A stretch of 63,993 nt of DNA, filler included, from Gonapodya sp. JEL0774 (taxonomy: Eukaryota): NCBI GenBank assembly GCA_027604505.1. It is 9 parts of 9 records of this genome, joined end to end, with 100 filler letters (N's around TTAATTAATTAA, not from the genome) between each part and the next. Parts side by side here need not be neighbours in the genome. Positions count along the whole stretch, not along the records: positions 1 to 7,149 come from JADIIX010000529.1; positions 7,250 to 14,367 come from JADIIX010000530.1; 7 more parts are not named here. One strand, written 5' to 3'. Position 1 is the stretch's first letter; every line of letters starts with the position of its first letter. Below, piece after piece: positions 1-12,092 of this stretch. The translations under genes and the position numbers were made by a program. The notes under the pieces were generated by a model that searched no databases, was not told where the DNA came from, and worked only from the letters and a program-made list of their open reading frames with translations.

Positions 1-121
1 GACTTCTCAATGCTGCGTTCGCTGGTGACAAAATGTGATGGAAGGTGTCTTTCCAGACAGTAGAAGCTGTAGGGAGAGATATCCATTGGCATTTGCAAAG
101 TACAAGCGAGCTTCTGACTCA

Positions 122-909
122 CTATGACTTTATGGCAGTTTGGATTTTGTCGTACTGAGCAATGTTCTCGTTGAATTGAACTGCGCCAACTCCAACACAT
201 TCTGGTGTGAGTCCAATTTGAGAGATATTGCCGTTTTGCAGACAATGAACTGTGTGCGATATGATGGTTGAGACTTCTGGAGGTATAGAATCATCCCACT
301 CGAGAGTTCCGAGAAGATAGTTGAAAATGTTATCAAGTTGGACCTTGCACCAAGGAGGGGCATCGGGGTCGTTGTAGAGTTCTGCTTGAATGAAACTATG
401 TGCAAGGAAATGCATGAATGCGGATATTGTGCAAAGAGTCGTGATTTGACAATTCATGCCACGCACGGATTATGGGTGTCTTTCTCGTACAGTCGGGCAT
501 AAGGTGGATACTTGCTCAGAGTGTCCATGACCAATTCGATGAATTCGGCCCGTGTCTCTGTCGAAACTCCAAATAGTTTTGTTCGTGAGAATCTGTCCGT
601 GGCGATATCGATTTCTCGTTGTAAATCGTCAGTGGATAAGATCCGCCTCGACAGCCCTGCAGCCCGACTGGAAGTCGACGTTGAAATTTGATCCGGATGA
701 ACAATTCCAAACTTTTCAAAGAGCTCCTCGATTTCTATGTCAAGCGGCCTACATAGTATACCGTGGTTAGTTTCGGAATAGAACGAAACATTAATGAAAA
801 GGAGCACCCGACACAACTTACTGATCGATATGTTTGGCTGCCGACTGTTGCTCTGGTTTCGCCATCGGACTGGGTGCGATCCTTGGGAATGGAGATTTTG
901 GAAGGCCAC
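122..909 (-). CDS. Hypothetical spliced protein
   Basis: Two globular-looking ORF segments (454-909, 122-466) joinable through a GTGCGT...CATAG intron; no recognisable motif. Confidence 0.35.
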
Positions 910-967
910 CGGTGCACCAAGCTGACTTTGGACACAAATGACAGGATATATTGTTCGTCCCCAGGCA

Positions 968-2375
968 CTACGTTTTCACAGGTGGTAAAATATTCCATAA
1001 TTGCGTTTGCACTCGCGAGTCAAATGACGTTCTAGACAACAAAGAAGTTGCAAAATCGTAGGGTCCCTCAACCTTCTCACCAGACCTGAAAGCAGCCGCC
1101 CTGGTGTACAACACAATCGTCGGGATATGCTCCACAGGCGCAATCCCTAGATAAACCCAAGTAATATCACACAACATGCGACAACCGCGTCGCCGTTCGA
1201 TACCTCGAAATATCAATTCTTCGAGATCCTGTGCTGTCCATACTTCCTGTTCGCCAGGAGCGGGGGCATTGTAGTACACTGCCACCTTCGCTGACAGGCC
1301 ACATTCCTCTGGCAAAATTCCAATTTGCCTTTTGGTGTCACTCTCACTCCACATTTGCAATTCACGAGCAACCTCCATCGAAGACCTGCGATGAAGAGGA
1401 TGTGCAAGTGTGTCCATGCGTAGATCATCAACTGGCAAAATACGCCTCCGTTCATGTGGGTAGATATAGGCACTACCTTTTGAGGTTTTTCGAACAACTT
1501 GAGTGTGTAACGACCCGTCCACGAGTACCGAGTCCGGTCGCCCATCCAAGTGCGCAACGACGTGATGTTCGGTGAGGAGATTGTAACCAGGCAGGTCTAT
1601 TTTCCCATCAGTGCGATGAATATGGAAGTTCCGACCATCCAGCACGGCAAGTCGGATAATGTCAATGGCTGCGCGTCCGTCCCTCCACATCGTGCGTTCT
1701 GCTGAATCTTGCCACGACCGACATACAAGAGCGAGCTTCGAGAAGATATCGGAAGGGTGAAAATGACGGAAGATGATCCGGAGGATTTCGGGAGGAAGTT
1801 CAGGTGCCGCTTTACGAGGCAACGAGTTTGATGTTTTCGCGACATTAACACACGGAGGAAAGCGAGTGGACTAAGAAAGAAGAAAGCTTGATAAATTCGG
1901 AGATGGGAGATGTACGGTGGACGGAACCTACCGTGGGGGGTTTGGAAACCTTTGTCGTCAATACCTTGCTGTCACCGCCAACTGACTTTGACTTCTTAGA
2001 CGATTGGCAAGTATGCGAACGTGTTACTGGAGGTGTGTATGGTGAGGAGAGGAATTGACCGGAATAGGTGTTGGTGAGGGACGTTCCAGGATTCCGCCAC
2101 TCTGGTTTCTTCTGATTGGATGGACCAAACTGGCCAACGCCGCCTCTTTTCGATCGTACAGACTGTATTGATGATGCATCGGGTGTAGAAGTTGGTGGTA
2201 AACGGACTGGTTGTCGAGATGGGTTCGGCGGGCGACGGCGGGTATTTCGAGATGGTTCGCTACAATCCTTCTGCATGGTTGATTGATGCTTCCTGATGTT
2301 GTTTAGAGCTCGATGATCAACTGCGAGCGGGTGACTCTTAGCGGGGGGCATTGCTTGTGAAAGATTTGGTGGCAT
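968..2375 (-). CDS. F-box protein with N-terminal Ser/Pro-rich region
   Basis: F-box motif LPPEILRIIFRHFHPSDIFSKLALVCRSW. A phase-0 intron 1931-1871 (GTAGGT...TTTCTTAG) joins ORF 1845-2393 to ORF 968-1822 in frame; ATG at 2375. Confidence 0.8.
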
Positions 2376-3114
2376 GCTTGTGTGTTTGGTCAAATATTTT
2401 GTACACAGGTTCGTGCACTCCTTGCTTGGGGCCCAAACTCACTTGCCAACCAATCCGACCGCCCCATCGCGCCCGAACTGGCGCGCGTTCGGATTACCGC
2501 GAAACAAATTGCTTCTACACACTTTGTCTACCGCCAGTTCCACTCAGATGCGTGGCCCACTCGCCGTTCGCAACCAGAACCAAGTCACCGCTGCTCCCCA
2601 ACGAGTCCCCAAACCGCCTTCCAAACCTTTCTCATCGACCTCCACTCAAGATATTGTAGCGAAAAAAGTAGTTGGCGTGACAGTCCGTCCATCGAGTTCC
2701 GCCATCAGTCCCATTCTCGCACCAGCATCAGTTCGTCACGAACGAGTCCGGAACCCACCATCCTCATCGAGCTCCTCTCAGCATAATGTAGCAATAAAAA
2801 TGGCTTGCATGACAATCCGTCCATCGGGTTCGGCCATCGGTCGCACTCCGACCGCTGGTCCGAAACGAGTCCCGACCACCTATCGCAAAACCTCATCATC
2901 GACTTCGACTCAACATCATGTAGTGAAGAAAGTGGCTGGCGTGACACTTCGTCCATCGGATTCGGCCATCGGTTGCTCTCCTCCCCGAATGATACCTGTA
3001 TCAGCAGCTTCTCCAAGTGTTGCGACCGAGAAGACGTCTTCCCTATTCTCGTCAAGGCCGACAGGTGGCCGCGCTGTGACCAATCTGATGTTGGAGGCTT
3101 GGGAGGTACGTTGA
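2374..3114 (+). CDS. Low-complexity repeat-containing ORF, probable 5' exon of the F-box gene at 3346
   Basis: 246-codon open frame; donor GTACGT at 3106; in-frame acceptor TAG at 3319-3321 before the F-box ORF; true start uncertain (ATG 2374 or 2548). Confidence 0.45.
   Translation: MLVCLVKYFVHRFVHSLLGAQTHLPTNPTAPSRPNWRAFGLPRNKLLLHTLSTASSTQMRGPLAVRNQNQVTAAPQRVPKPPSKPFSSTSTQDIVAKKVVGVTVRPSSSAISPILAPASVRHERVRNPPSSSSSSQHNVAIKMACMTIRPSGSAIGRTPTAGPKRVPTTYRKTSSSTSTQHHVVKKVAGVTLRPSDSAIGCSPPRMIPVSAASPSVATEKTSSLFSSRPTGGRAVTNLMLEAWEVR
2587..2975 (+). repeat. Three degenerate ~132-bp (44-aa) coding tandem repeats
   Basis: STSTQDIVAKKVVGVTVRPSSSAI / SSSQHNVAIKMACMTIRPSGSAI / STSTQHHVVKKVAGVTLRPSDSAI. 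Confidence 0.8.
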
Positions 3115-3345
3115 GCCGTCCCACCACCCGTCCTTCTCTTCATCGGTTTATATCACCGTTCGGGACAACGAACCCCACTAGCTATCCAACTCCAGCATCC
3201 CCCCATTTCCAATCTTGTTGCGTCCGGTCAAAGGTAGCCGAATACCTCGCTTCGTGTACCCGCAGGTGAGTTTTATTCAGCTCCCTGGTCTAGTACACAG
3301 TGTGATCCCCTTTCCGTCTAGACCCTCTTTCAAGCAGCGTCACCC

Positions 3346-4359
3346 ATGGACATTGACACTTCGCCGCCATCCTCTCTGGCATCTACGACGACTCTGAAAC
3401 GGCACAAACCCGATGCATTGGAGGTGCCACGGGGTCTCTCGCTCACCTCCACAGAGCGGGAAGCGCGCACTCTCGCTCCGCGTCTACCTCCTGAAGTTTT
3501 GCACCGAATATTCGACTTCTTTCACGCCTCTGACGTGTTTAAGTTGTACATGGTGTGCAAGGACTGGCAATGGGCTGTGGACTCGAAGTTCACGCGACCA
3601 GTGATCCACATCCACCCGCTCCATATCCTTGACGGGCACCTGTACAACGTCGAACGTCTTGACGGATTGTCCGATCAGCCTGGCTACAACCTGCTCACCA
3701 AGCATCACGTGGTCACCCATCGCGAATCCCGACTCCCTTGGAACATTCGAGGTCATCGGGGTGGACCAGGGCCCAAGATTGAACGCAGTTGGAATGTATC
3801 GTGGGTCTACTCACACGAGAAGAAACGTACTCATGCGAACAGCAACCCCACTCTCGACCGTCCCAAACACCGACGTTCGGACTCGGAAGTGCTGCAGGAG
3901 TTCAGACGCTTTGAGACCGAGACAAGTTCGTCCTTCGCTTGCAGAGTCCCGAGAGCATTCGAAACGGAAGCGGCTGTTTACTACAAGGCCCCAGAACCTG
4001 GCGAGGTGGAACTATGGACATCCAAAGATATCGAGGAATTGACCTTTCGTGGCATTGAGCACATTATGGGAAGACATATGCTGTGCGGGATAGGCGACGT
4101 GCTTCTACACTATGCTCCAACGGAACACATCCCCACTATCGTATTGCATCTGAGAAACTGTCTGAACTTCATATCGTTTTCAAAGGGTTTCATTGATGAC
4201 CGATTTAAAGGCAAGCATCTTGGGACGCTTGCTCGTTCGCCGCTTGGGAGATACAACTTAGACTGCCGAGTCTCACGGGAGACATGGGACAATACCATAC
4301 CTCCAGAAATAGGAAAGAATTATGATTGGTACAAATCATATCGCTATAATTGGTGGTAA
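3346..4359 (+). CDS. F-box protein, paralog of the 968-2375 gene
   Basis: LPPEVLHRIFDFFHASDVFKLYMVCKDW; shared blocks PGYNLLTxHHVV, AVYYxAPxPGExExWTxxDxEELxFRGIE, APxEHIPTIVL. Confidence 0.85.
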   Translation: MDIDTSPPSSLASTTTLKRHKPDALEVPRGLSLTSTEREARTLAPRLPPEVLHRIFDFFHASDVFKLYMVCKDWQWAVDSKFTRPVIHIHPLHILDGHLYNVERLDGLSDQPGYNLLTKHHVVTHRESRLPWNIRGHRGGPGPKIERSWNVSWVYSHEKKRTHANSNPTLDRPKHRRSDSEVLQEFRRFETETSSSFACRVPRAFETEAAVYYKAPEPGEVELWTSKDIEELTFRGIEHIMGRHMLCGIGDVLLHYAPTEHIPTIVLHLRNCLNFISFSKGFIDDRFKGKHLGTLARSPLGRYNLDCRVSRETWDNTIPPEIGKNYDWYKSYRYNWW

Positions 4360-4491
4360 TGTTGATGCCAGAAAAAAAAATTGAAGAGGCAACGCATGCT
4401 GGGGTCGTTTGTTTGGGGGAAGCGGATCCCGCAACACATTCCAAACACCAACCTGCAGGGTTACGCTTGAGGCGGCGCCAACTTTGCAGTG

Positions 4492-6173
4492 ATGGCTGCA
4501 ATGAGAGGAGGGCCCGACCTTGAAATAGACAAGTGAGCGAGCCATCTATCGGTTGTCTGAAACAAGTGGCCACATGAATCGGATCTACGTTTGCAGCGCG
4601 ACGAAGGAAGCACTGACAACCCTTGCAAAATCGCGATCCAATCCATGTCAGTTTCTGATTTTCGATCCCCGACAACAAGGGATAGTTGTGCCACGCGAAC
4701 AGCACAAAGCAGCGCAAATATATCTCAACAAGCAGTACGTGGACGGGATGGTGAATCTCAGGAATCTTACCGACAAGGAGTACGACCAAATGGTCGCCAA
4801 GGTATTCGCGCAACTCTATCCGAACGCACAGTACCTGGACGAGGGTCCTAGGCGGGTCAGTCGGTTGCCGCCGAGAGAACGGGAGACCATTCTACATGAT
4901 CCGTGAGCCAGTCATCATACCTTTGAAGAAATATTTCCGGACGCGAAACCTTTTGTATTTTTTTGCAGTGCGATTCAGAAGGTCCTTATGTGCATTCGAC
5001 CGGGGAACAAGGACGACCCAAAGGCCATCCAGACACAGGCATTCATCAACGCTATAATGCCTCCATCAGAGCAATTGGAATTGGATGAACATACTGCAAT
5101 GGTTGTTGCGGAAATCGTCACTTCGGCAAAGAATGGTGTACCTCCAGAGCTCTGTGCAGAGACTTCTGGAGAGACCACGGAGCAGTTTCGTGCAAATTAT
5201 GTCAACCGGTACAGACGCATCAACCACGGAATTGGGTCATTGTGAGTGATTCCGCGCTACTGCAATTCGCCTCACGTCACAATATCTTACATGTGGAATG
5301 GGCAGTTATGACCGAACCCGCCTCGTCAATGAACAAGATCTCAACCAAGGGGAGGGTTTCGTCCAAAAGCACACAGTTGGATTGTTTGAAGACCTTACCA
5401 TGGAGCCACACCATGCAATCAGAGTATGCTGGAACCAGACCACTCCTGACCGAGTGAGCCACCATGAGAGAAGGGACACCAGCATTTATGCGCAGTTTCA
5501 AGTCGCAGATTTGGTCAATCCATCCAGCATGCGCACTGCCCATGTCAATGTGTGTGGGATTGAAGCAAAACACGGAACCAATCCTGACAGGGAAAGCGAC
5601 TTTGTGAAATCTGCTACGGATGCTGCGCGTTCTGTGCGCTTATGTCGCACACTGGTTGGATCAAACGAGGATGTTCTTGAAACAATCTTTGTCCTGGTAG
5701 CAGGATCTTCTCTGGACATCTACGTGACGAGGGAGCCATTTGGATCCAGTGGGATAGCGGTGACCCAACTGTTGATCAGCTTGCATTTTCCGATCACTGA
5801 GGATGAGTTCTCAGTTCAGAGTGTCAGCGAAATAGTGGGTGCAGCTCTCGCCGTGGGTCGACGGATCGTGAAAGTGGTAAACATTATGTGCGGGATTGGG
5901 GACAATGCGCAGCCCAGAGATGTGCTCCTAGAGGCTGAAGCTGATAAATCTCTCTTATACTCTCTTACTGACGATGGGAGCCAGGAACGGCTGGAGAATG
6001 ATGACACAGGTGACACATTACCTCCATCTCAAGTTGAGGAAGGCGACAGTGTCGTGTCAGAAGAAGAAGTCCTGTTTGAATCTGTGCATGAGAGGACTGC
6101 CAGCTTGTCGGAAGAAATATTGCCTGCTACACAACAAGTCATGACCAGCAATCCTGTTACAGAGGAGAGGTAG
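4492..6173 (+). CDS. Hypothetical spliced protein with putative PD-(D/E)xK restriction-endonuclease-like domain
   Basis: Exons ~4492-4532, 4598-4902, 4969-5241, 5305-6169 with GTGAG/YAG introns; motif RRD...GIEAK...SDFVK; may continue through further exons to ~6726. Confidence 0.55.
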
Positions 6174-7149
6174 GTATACGATGCGAGCAGTGACAAATGT
6201 CTTGCAAATACCTTTCATTGTCTTGAAGGCGTTCGCGTGCTCCCCATGTTCCTCATGTTCCGGCGGTAGTTGGAGGTATCGCGAGCGCGAGCGGAAGGTG
6301 AGTGAGTATATAGTTGTGTCAGTGTCATGAGAATGCCGACACACATCTTCACGGAAGCTCTACCGCATCTGCGATTACCCGACACAGCCAAAATCAACGT
6401 CTTGACAGGACTCCAAAATTTCCTCGACAGGCCTTCGTCCGCTCAAGGGTAAAACGTGGTCGTCAGGCACATCCTGCAGCTGTGAGGTTGGAAGTATCTG
6501 GAGAACCAGCAGCGGGTCGGAACGAGAGTTCGGTGAATCCGTATGTTCCTTTGACCACATTTGACTTCCTGGCTTGTCTTGATTATTCGATTTTGTGAAG
6601 AGCCTTGGAAGCTAGGGAGTCGCCACCGTTGACTTTGCACACGCCAGAACCCAGACAGCGGGTGAGACCAGATCGGCTTCCTCCCCCAATTCCACGAAAA
6701 GGGCAAAGCTTCAAGTCTATACGTTGATGTAGAAGTGAAGGGGATCTCGTACCTTGAGATACGGGAGAGATGGCAGGTCGATTTCTAAGTTTTTCTCAGT
6801 GTCTACTTCTCAACGAATACCGTGTAGAGATGTAGTTTCTAAAATTTTTTTGTGGCATAGCCGATGAGGCAATGGCGAGTGTTGACGCGAACTCACGAGT
6901 TCGTACTATAGAAGGGGCAGTGAGGGATGCTAGCAAGGCAATCATCATAGCTGAAAGAGACACCAGTGTTGCACCTGTTTCGGTTGAAGTGAGCATGGCA
7001 CCGCCGCCTCCACCTGAAAGAGTAGTAACACCACCTCCTCTTCCACCTCCACCTGAAGGTGAGGTAGTGGTGTCAACTCCACCGAGTACTGGCACCGAAA
7101 ATCGACAGGTACAGCCGGATGGCTCTGGTATGACAATGATAGCCGAACA

Positions 7150-7249
7150 NNNNNNNNNNNNNNNNNNNNNNNNNNNNNNNNNNNNNNNNNNNNTTAATTA
7201 ATTAANNNNNNNNNNNNNNNNNNNNNNNNNNNNNNNNNNNNNNNNNNNN
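7150..7249. other. Artificial contig spacer (44N-TTAATTAATTAA-44N)
   Basis: Six-frame stop linker flanked by N runs; an identical spacer recurs about every 7.2 kb. Confidence 0.98.
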
Positions 7250-7791
7250 GTCTTGTACTCCTCTTCCCAAATGCCAAGTTCACAACAATGCCAGAGATGG
7301 TCGAGGATGCAAATAGTTCGGATTGGTGGGATAATGAGGGATCATCTGCACGTCGACAGATTCGCAGCACAAAAGTCAGGCATTAAGTTTTCTGCGAAAT
7401 TTCCATTATGTCATGTAACTTTCATTTTTAGCACTCATGTCATTTATACTGTAGTAACCGCGGCGATTGATTTGTGGGAACGAAGCGAGGAATGCAACCC
7501 GGAAACAGACACCACTAAGATTTACTATGTACTCTGCAGAGAAGACGGCTACACCGAGAATGGCAAAACTAAAGCAGCCTGCACATTCGGAATAAGCTGA
7601 AGTGGGAGTCAGCCCGTCCCCTTCAGTCAGTTCTGCTTCTCTGCTTTTCGTGGTGCCCGCAATATTTATATATCAAGCTAGTATTACTCCAGACACTTTA
7701 TAGCTAAAAATCCAACTACCCGCACCGGCATTCCTTGTAAGCAATCCCCGAAAGTCCCAAAGACCTTGGTTTTCACATGCTTGATCGGCTG
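7250..7791 (+). repeat. ~545-bp direct repeat, copy 1 (cut by contig start)
   Basis: Aligns with 12093-12645 (e.g. shared CTAAAGCAGCCTGCACATTCGGAATAAGCTGAAGTGGGAGTCAGCC). Confidence 0.9.
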
Positions 7792-10137
7792 GACCACGGA
7801 AGGGGTGTGGCTTAGGACGGGCCCCGTGCACCACGAAGGGGGCTTCCCTTGTGCGGCCCGGCCCTTCCCCACATTCTCGCCAACGTCGTCTCAGCTGGAG
7901 CGACGGCTTGGTATTTTGTTTTGTGTGGACTTCGCAACTATGCCTGTGATGTCTGATCGGCTCTGTGTAGTTTGTTTTCCTTAGAGGATTTTTTTTTCTG
8001 TTGTTACATCAAAAAATGCACGGCGGCTGGTGGGCTCGGGGTCTTCCACGCCCACCGGCCCGGTTTCTGGCAGCGCCGCCCGCCCCCCCTGTTTGCGGCT
8101 TCCGCTTCTCGCCCCTTGTTGCTGCCCCCTGAGTGGTTCGGCACTAGGGCCTGTCCGAGGTGTAGAATATATTCAATATCTACCCGGCTAAACACTCACA
8201 CATGGCCCCGTTCCATCACAGTGAAGGTTCGTTCAAAGGCCAAAAGGAGGAAAGAAGCTACTTCAGAAAATGATTGGCAGGATGTGGAGTCAGAACCTGA
8301 GCCGGATAGTGATGAGAATTGAAGTTTTACTGTTGTATATCTAACGCTCAGCTACGAAGTTCGAAAAGTTCGAAAACAATGAACTGCTTCATGAGAGTTC
8401 GGCTAGATCAGGGTCGTCAGAGTTCAAGGTTCGATTCGATCACAGATTGTGTGTTTGAAAGCTCTTTTGGGTGATCATCTTTTGTGTTGAGTTCCCTTTA
8501 AGTTCGGTTCGTCATGGCATGAACACTGGTATTGTTCCTGGACAGCATTCGAGTTCGACCGGCGACGTCTGGATAAATTACATCTTAACAAAAACCTCCA
8601 GTATAATATCCACACTGCCCACCCACCGACCCGACCTGATCACAATTTCACCCGCACTGACCTGCACTTCGACCTCCTGCACACCCCCAAACACCACCCC
8701 GTTCAACTCCCTCAGAACCACACCAGCATCCTTTGCCGCGCATCCCCACCAGGCCTGGTACCCATACCCCGCGTGGCGGTAGTTGTGGCGCGACAGTAAT
8801 CTGACAAGTGAGCCGCCGATTCGAGAGGGCTGAATACCGACGGAGTGGGAGAGAATTTGACAAAGTTGAGTAAGGGTGTTTTGGAGGAGGATGTGGAGGA
8901 TGTGGAGGAGGGTTCGCCGCCCCAGTGCTCGCAACGCAGTTCCGGTGCGAGGATATCGTCCACTATTTCCAACAGAGCTGGAATCAACCCGTGTACAATT
9001 AAGACCATAGGTAAGAAGAAGAACGCACCAGTTTCCATGTCAGGTTCCATGCGGCGTCCATTCGGAGACGATGTAGCATACTTGGTTCACGGTGTAAGGG
9101 TGGGTGAAGGGGCGGAGGGGGGTTGTGAGGATTCCTGGTGAGCAAAGTGGAATGGAAACAAAGGGAAAGAGAGACGTACCGTGTCGAGACCATCGCTGCG
9201 TGTACCGGGGTGCGCGGATCAGAACAGTTTGGCGCATGCTGGGCTATTTGTGGTTGTGGGCGCGTGAAGCAACGAAAATGAGCTTCCATTTATGCCGACC
9301 AACACTTGGTGAGGAAGCAACTCATAACACCTTCTTATCCTCCACCTCACCCAGTGTCAACGCGCGTATACGCGTGCAATTCACTACTACGACCGGTCTC
9401 CTGCCGTCCCTCCCTCCTCACCCTTCGTCCCGCCCACACGTCGATCGCATACCTCGTCGATGTGGGTGGGGAGGTCGATTGAGAGGCCGTGGTATTCTGT
9501 ATCCATGTGAGGTTGGTGGGGGGGGGNNNNNNNNNNCGCCCCCCCCCGCCCCCCCCCCGCCGCGGCCCCCGCCAAGAGTAAGTCCTGGGGGTGCAAAGAG
9601 CGAACTCAAGTTCATAAGCTGACTGTCCTCAGCCACCTTGTTTTTGATGACTTCCGTCTTGTCCTCCCCGACTTCCTGGTGCGGTCTCTCTCCTCTCAAC
9701 TTTCAATGCTTTCCATTCTGTCCCTTCTCAACAGCCCTCGAACGCTACAAGATTATGTAATGCTCCGCGGTTTACTCTTCTCAGGCGAACACACTCGCTC
9801 AGCGTGTGATAGTCGGGCTGATGGATATTTACCTTCATTTTTGGGAGAAAAGAACTCGGCGCACCCTGCCGGACAACCGATTTTGAGAACGACGGTGAAC
9901 TTGTACAAATTCTGGATCAGACCCATGTCAAAGGTTCTCACGCGCAGTCCATCAACAATTAACGCAGATTTCCAAGAGGCGAAGACGTCGCCGAGGTGCG
10001 TTCGACAGGAGGGCAAAAGCGGTTTCAGTTGTGAAATTTCTCCGATATGTGGCGTGATGCAAAAGTGAAGGGATTGGGATGTGCTGTCGCCACATAGACA
10101 CTTCGGGGAAACTTTTTCCTGTTTTTTTCGTGACTGA

Positions 10138-11495
10138 ATGGGAGGAGTTGTCTCAACTGTCGCTAAAGAGGTCTCGAAACTCTCTCCCGAGCAGATTGCC
10201 GCCATTGGTGCCGTCACTGCCGCGGCACTGAGTGGGGTTGCTGCAATCATTGAACAGATCCGCACAGACCAAAACCGCCCCGTGGCCCCGCTACAGTTGA
10301 ATAGGGAGTACCGCCCCATACGGAATTCTTTTGCATCCGAGCTCACCATCGACTGTCGACCTTCTCTGCCATTAGGGGTTGAGGTGGAGAGGGATCTCGA
10401 CGATAAGTTCGACACACTTATGCAGACCGCCCAAAGAGAGCTCAAACTTGACACCCAGCGACACATTAATATCGTGGTATGTGGCATTTCAGGGTCTGGC
10501 AAGTCATCGCTCGTGAACGCGTGAGGATTGCGCTCGACCGTTGAAATTTGACGTTGAGAGGTCAAATATATTCCCGCCCACTGCAACAATAGATTGAGGG
10601 GTCTTCGGAACATAGACCCTGACGCGGCACCCACCAATGTGACTGAAAGCACGAGAACCCGCATGTAAGTCGAGTTTACCAATATTACGCCCTAGTTACA
10701 CCTGAAAGAGTGACCCTCTGTTCAGGTCTTATGTCAAAGGCAACTGTCGAATTGACGACATTCCTGGTTATGGCACCGTGAACGTTGATCTAAATACGTA
10801 CGTCAAGAAGTACTGCCTCTACGCATATGACATGGTTCTATGCGTGTCACATTCCCGGTGCGTGACACAACTTCCATTCACGTCCGTACGCATGCTCATC
10901 TTTCCACACACTCAGCTTTCTTGAAAGTGACATGCGCCTGGCACAGAAGATCAACAGCTATGGGACCAAGTTCATTTTGATTCGCAACAAGACTGACCAT
11001 GACATTGAGAGCTTATACAATGACCAAGGCTTGGAGGTGAGCGCCGCCAAGAGCCATCTTCGATCACAGGTGATGAAGGAAGGTATGTTGCTTTGTCAAC
11101 ACTGATTGTTGAAGAGTCGAACTATTCATTGAAAATGCTTTATTGCTTTTGTTCCAGTCCAGATAATCTTACGGGACAGTGGTATTACGGTCAAGCCAGA
11201 GGTTCTGTTTGTTTCTGCCCGCCTGTGAGTTGCGTGGTGACAGAGAATTCACTTTCCGCCGGCCTCAAAATTCGCCTTTCGGAATTCGCAATCATGCTCT
11301 CTCAGTGCACAGTCATGTGTGGTTGACCTCAATGGTCTGATCCAAAGTGGGAAGGTGGCTCAAATTATGGACGAGGTCAAGCTTCTTGAAGCTTACAGCC
11401 AAGTTATAAAAAAACGGGTGAACAAATTGAAAGAGACTGTGCAAGATCTTGAAGCTACTACTGGCACTTCTGAGCAACTAAGCAGGCAGGCGTGA
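10138..11495 (+). CDS. IRG/IIGP-like (immunity-related) P-loop GTPase with N-myristoylation motif
   Basis: Six exons spliced in frame: MGGVVS start; G1 GISGSGKSSLVNALRG; APTNVTEST; G3 DIPGYGT; YDMVL...SRFLESD; G4 FILIRNKTD; G5 LFVSA. Confidence 0.85.
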
Positions 11496-11499
11496 ATAA

Positions 11500-11907
11500 A
11501 GATTTCATAGATTCGAATTCCTTGCTGGCAACGGTGATCCTCTTTTTGACCGCTTCACGCTCATCCTCGACGCTCTTCCGTTGGTTCGAAGGTCTGTCTG
11601 CATGGAGCTTTGGTACTTCAAGGAGATTTACAAAGATTTTGTCGACTCTGATTACGAACACTATGTTGATTCAATGGAAACAGCTGGGAGGTGGGGCGAT
11701 AATGTGACCCTGCTCGTAGCATCGAAAGCGATGGCATGTAATATACTGGTCTTTGATGTGCAAAACAAAAATGTCATCGTTGCCAATCATACACGGTGGT
11801 GGTATTCAAAGACGGTTGGGATCAGGTTCGGAAATTCCCATCACGATTTCGTGGTTTTGAAAAACCATGCGAGCAGTGAGTATCGTGTTGAGCTTCGTTG
11901 CACGTGA
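11500..11907 (+). CDS. OTU-fold deubiquitinase-like domain, catalytic Cys apparently replaced (possible last exon of the IRG gene, or pseudogene)
   Basis: GNGDPLFDRF (cf. GDGNCLFRA); YEHYVDSMETAGRWGDNVTLLVAS; NILVF; NSHHD; no ATG upstream of the Cys loop in this frame; acceptor-like TTTCATAG ending at 11510. Confidence 0.65.
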   Translation, partial: RFHRFEFLAGNGDPLFDRFTLILDALPLVRRSVCMELWYFKEIYKDFVDSDYEHYVDSMETAGRWGDNVTLLVASKAMACNILVFDVQNKNVIVANHTRWWYSKTVGIRFGNSHHDFVVLKNHASSEYRVELRCT

Positions 11908-12092
11908 CGCGGTGCACGCTTCGTTGGCATTTTTGGAACTCCGCGAGGGAAGAATCAAAGACGAGTTGTTTTGGAACAGGCACGCTTCTGTTCTTGTGGA
12001 CAAACTACTCTCTGGGAATCTGTTTTGTCGCATCGTCTGTTCGGACTGTTTTGGTGACAGAAAAATGTGCCGGTGAGCCAAAGAGTGGCAGT

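Noticed and set aside
8578..9699. Minus-strand ORF fragments around the 10-N gap
   Set aside because: No recognisable domain, stops between segments, and low-quality G/C runs
9753..10682. 309-aa minus-strand ORF
   Set aside because: Antisense shadow of IRG exons, no motifs; the same applies to most overlapping Pro/Gly-rich ORFs at 23000-25400
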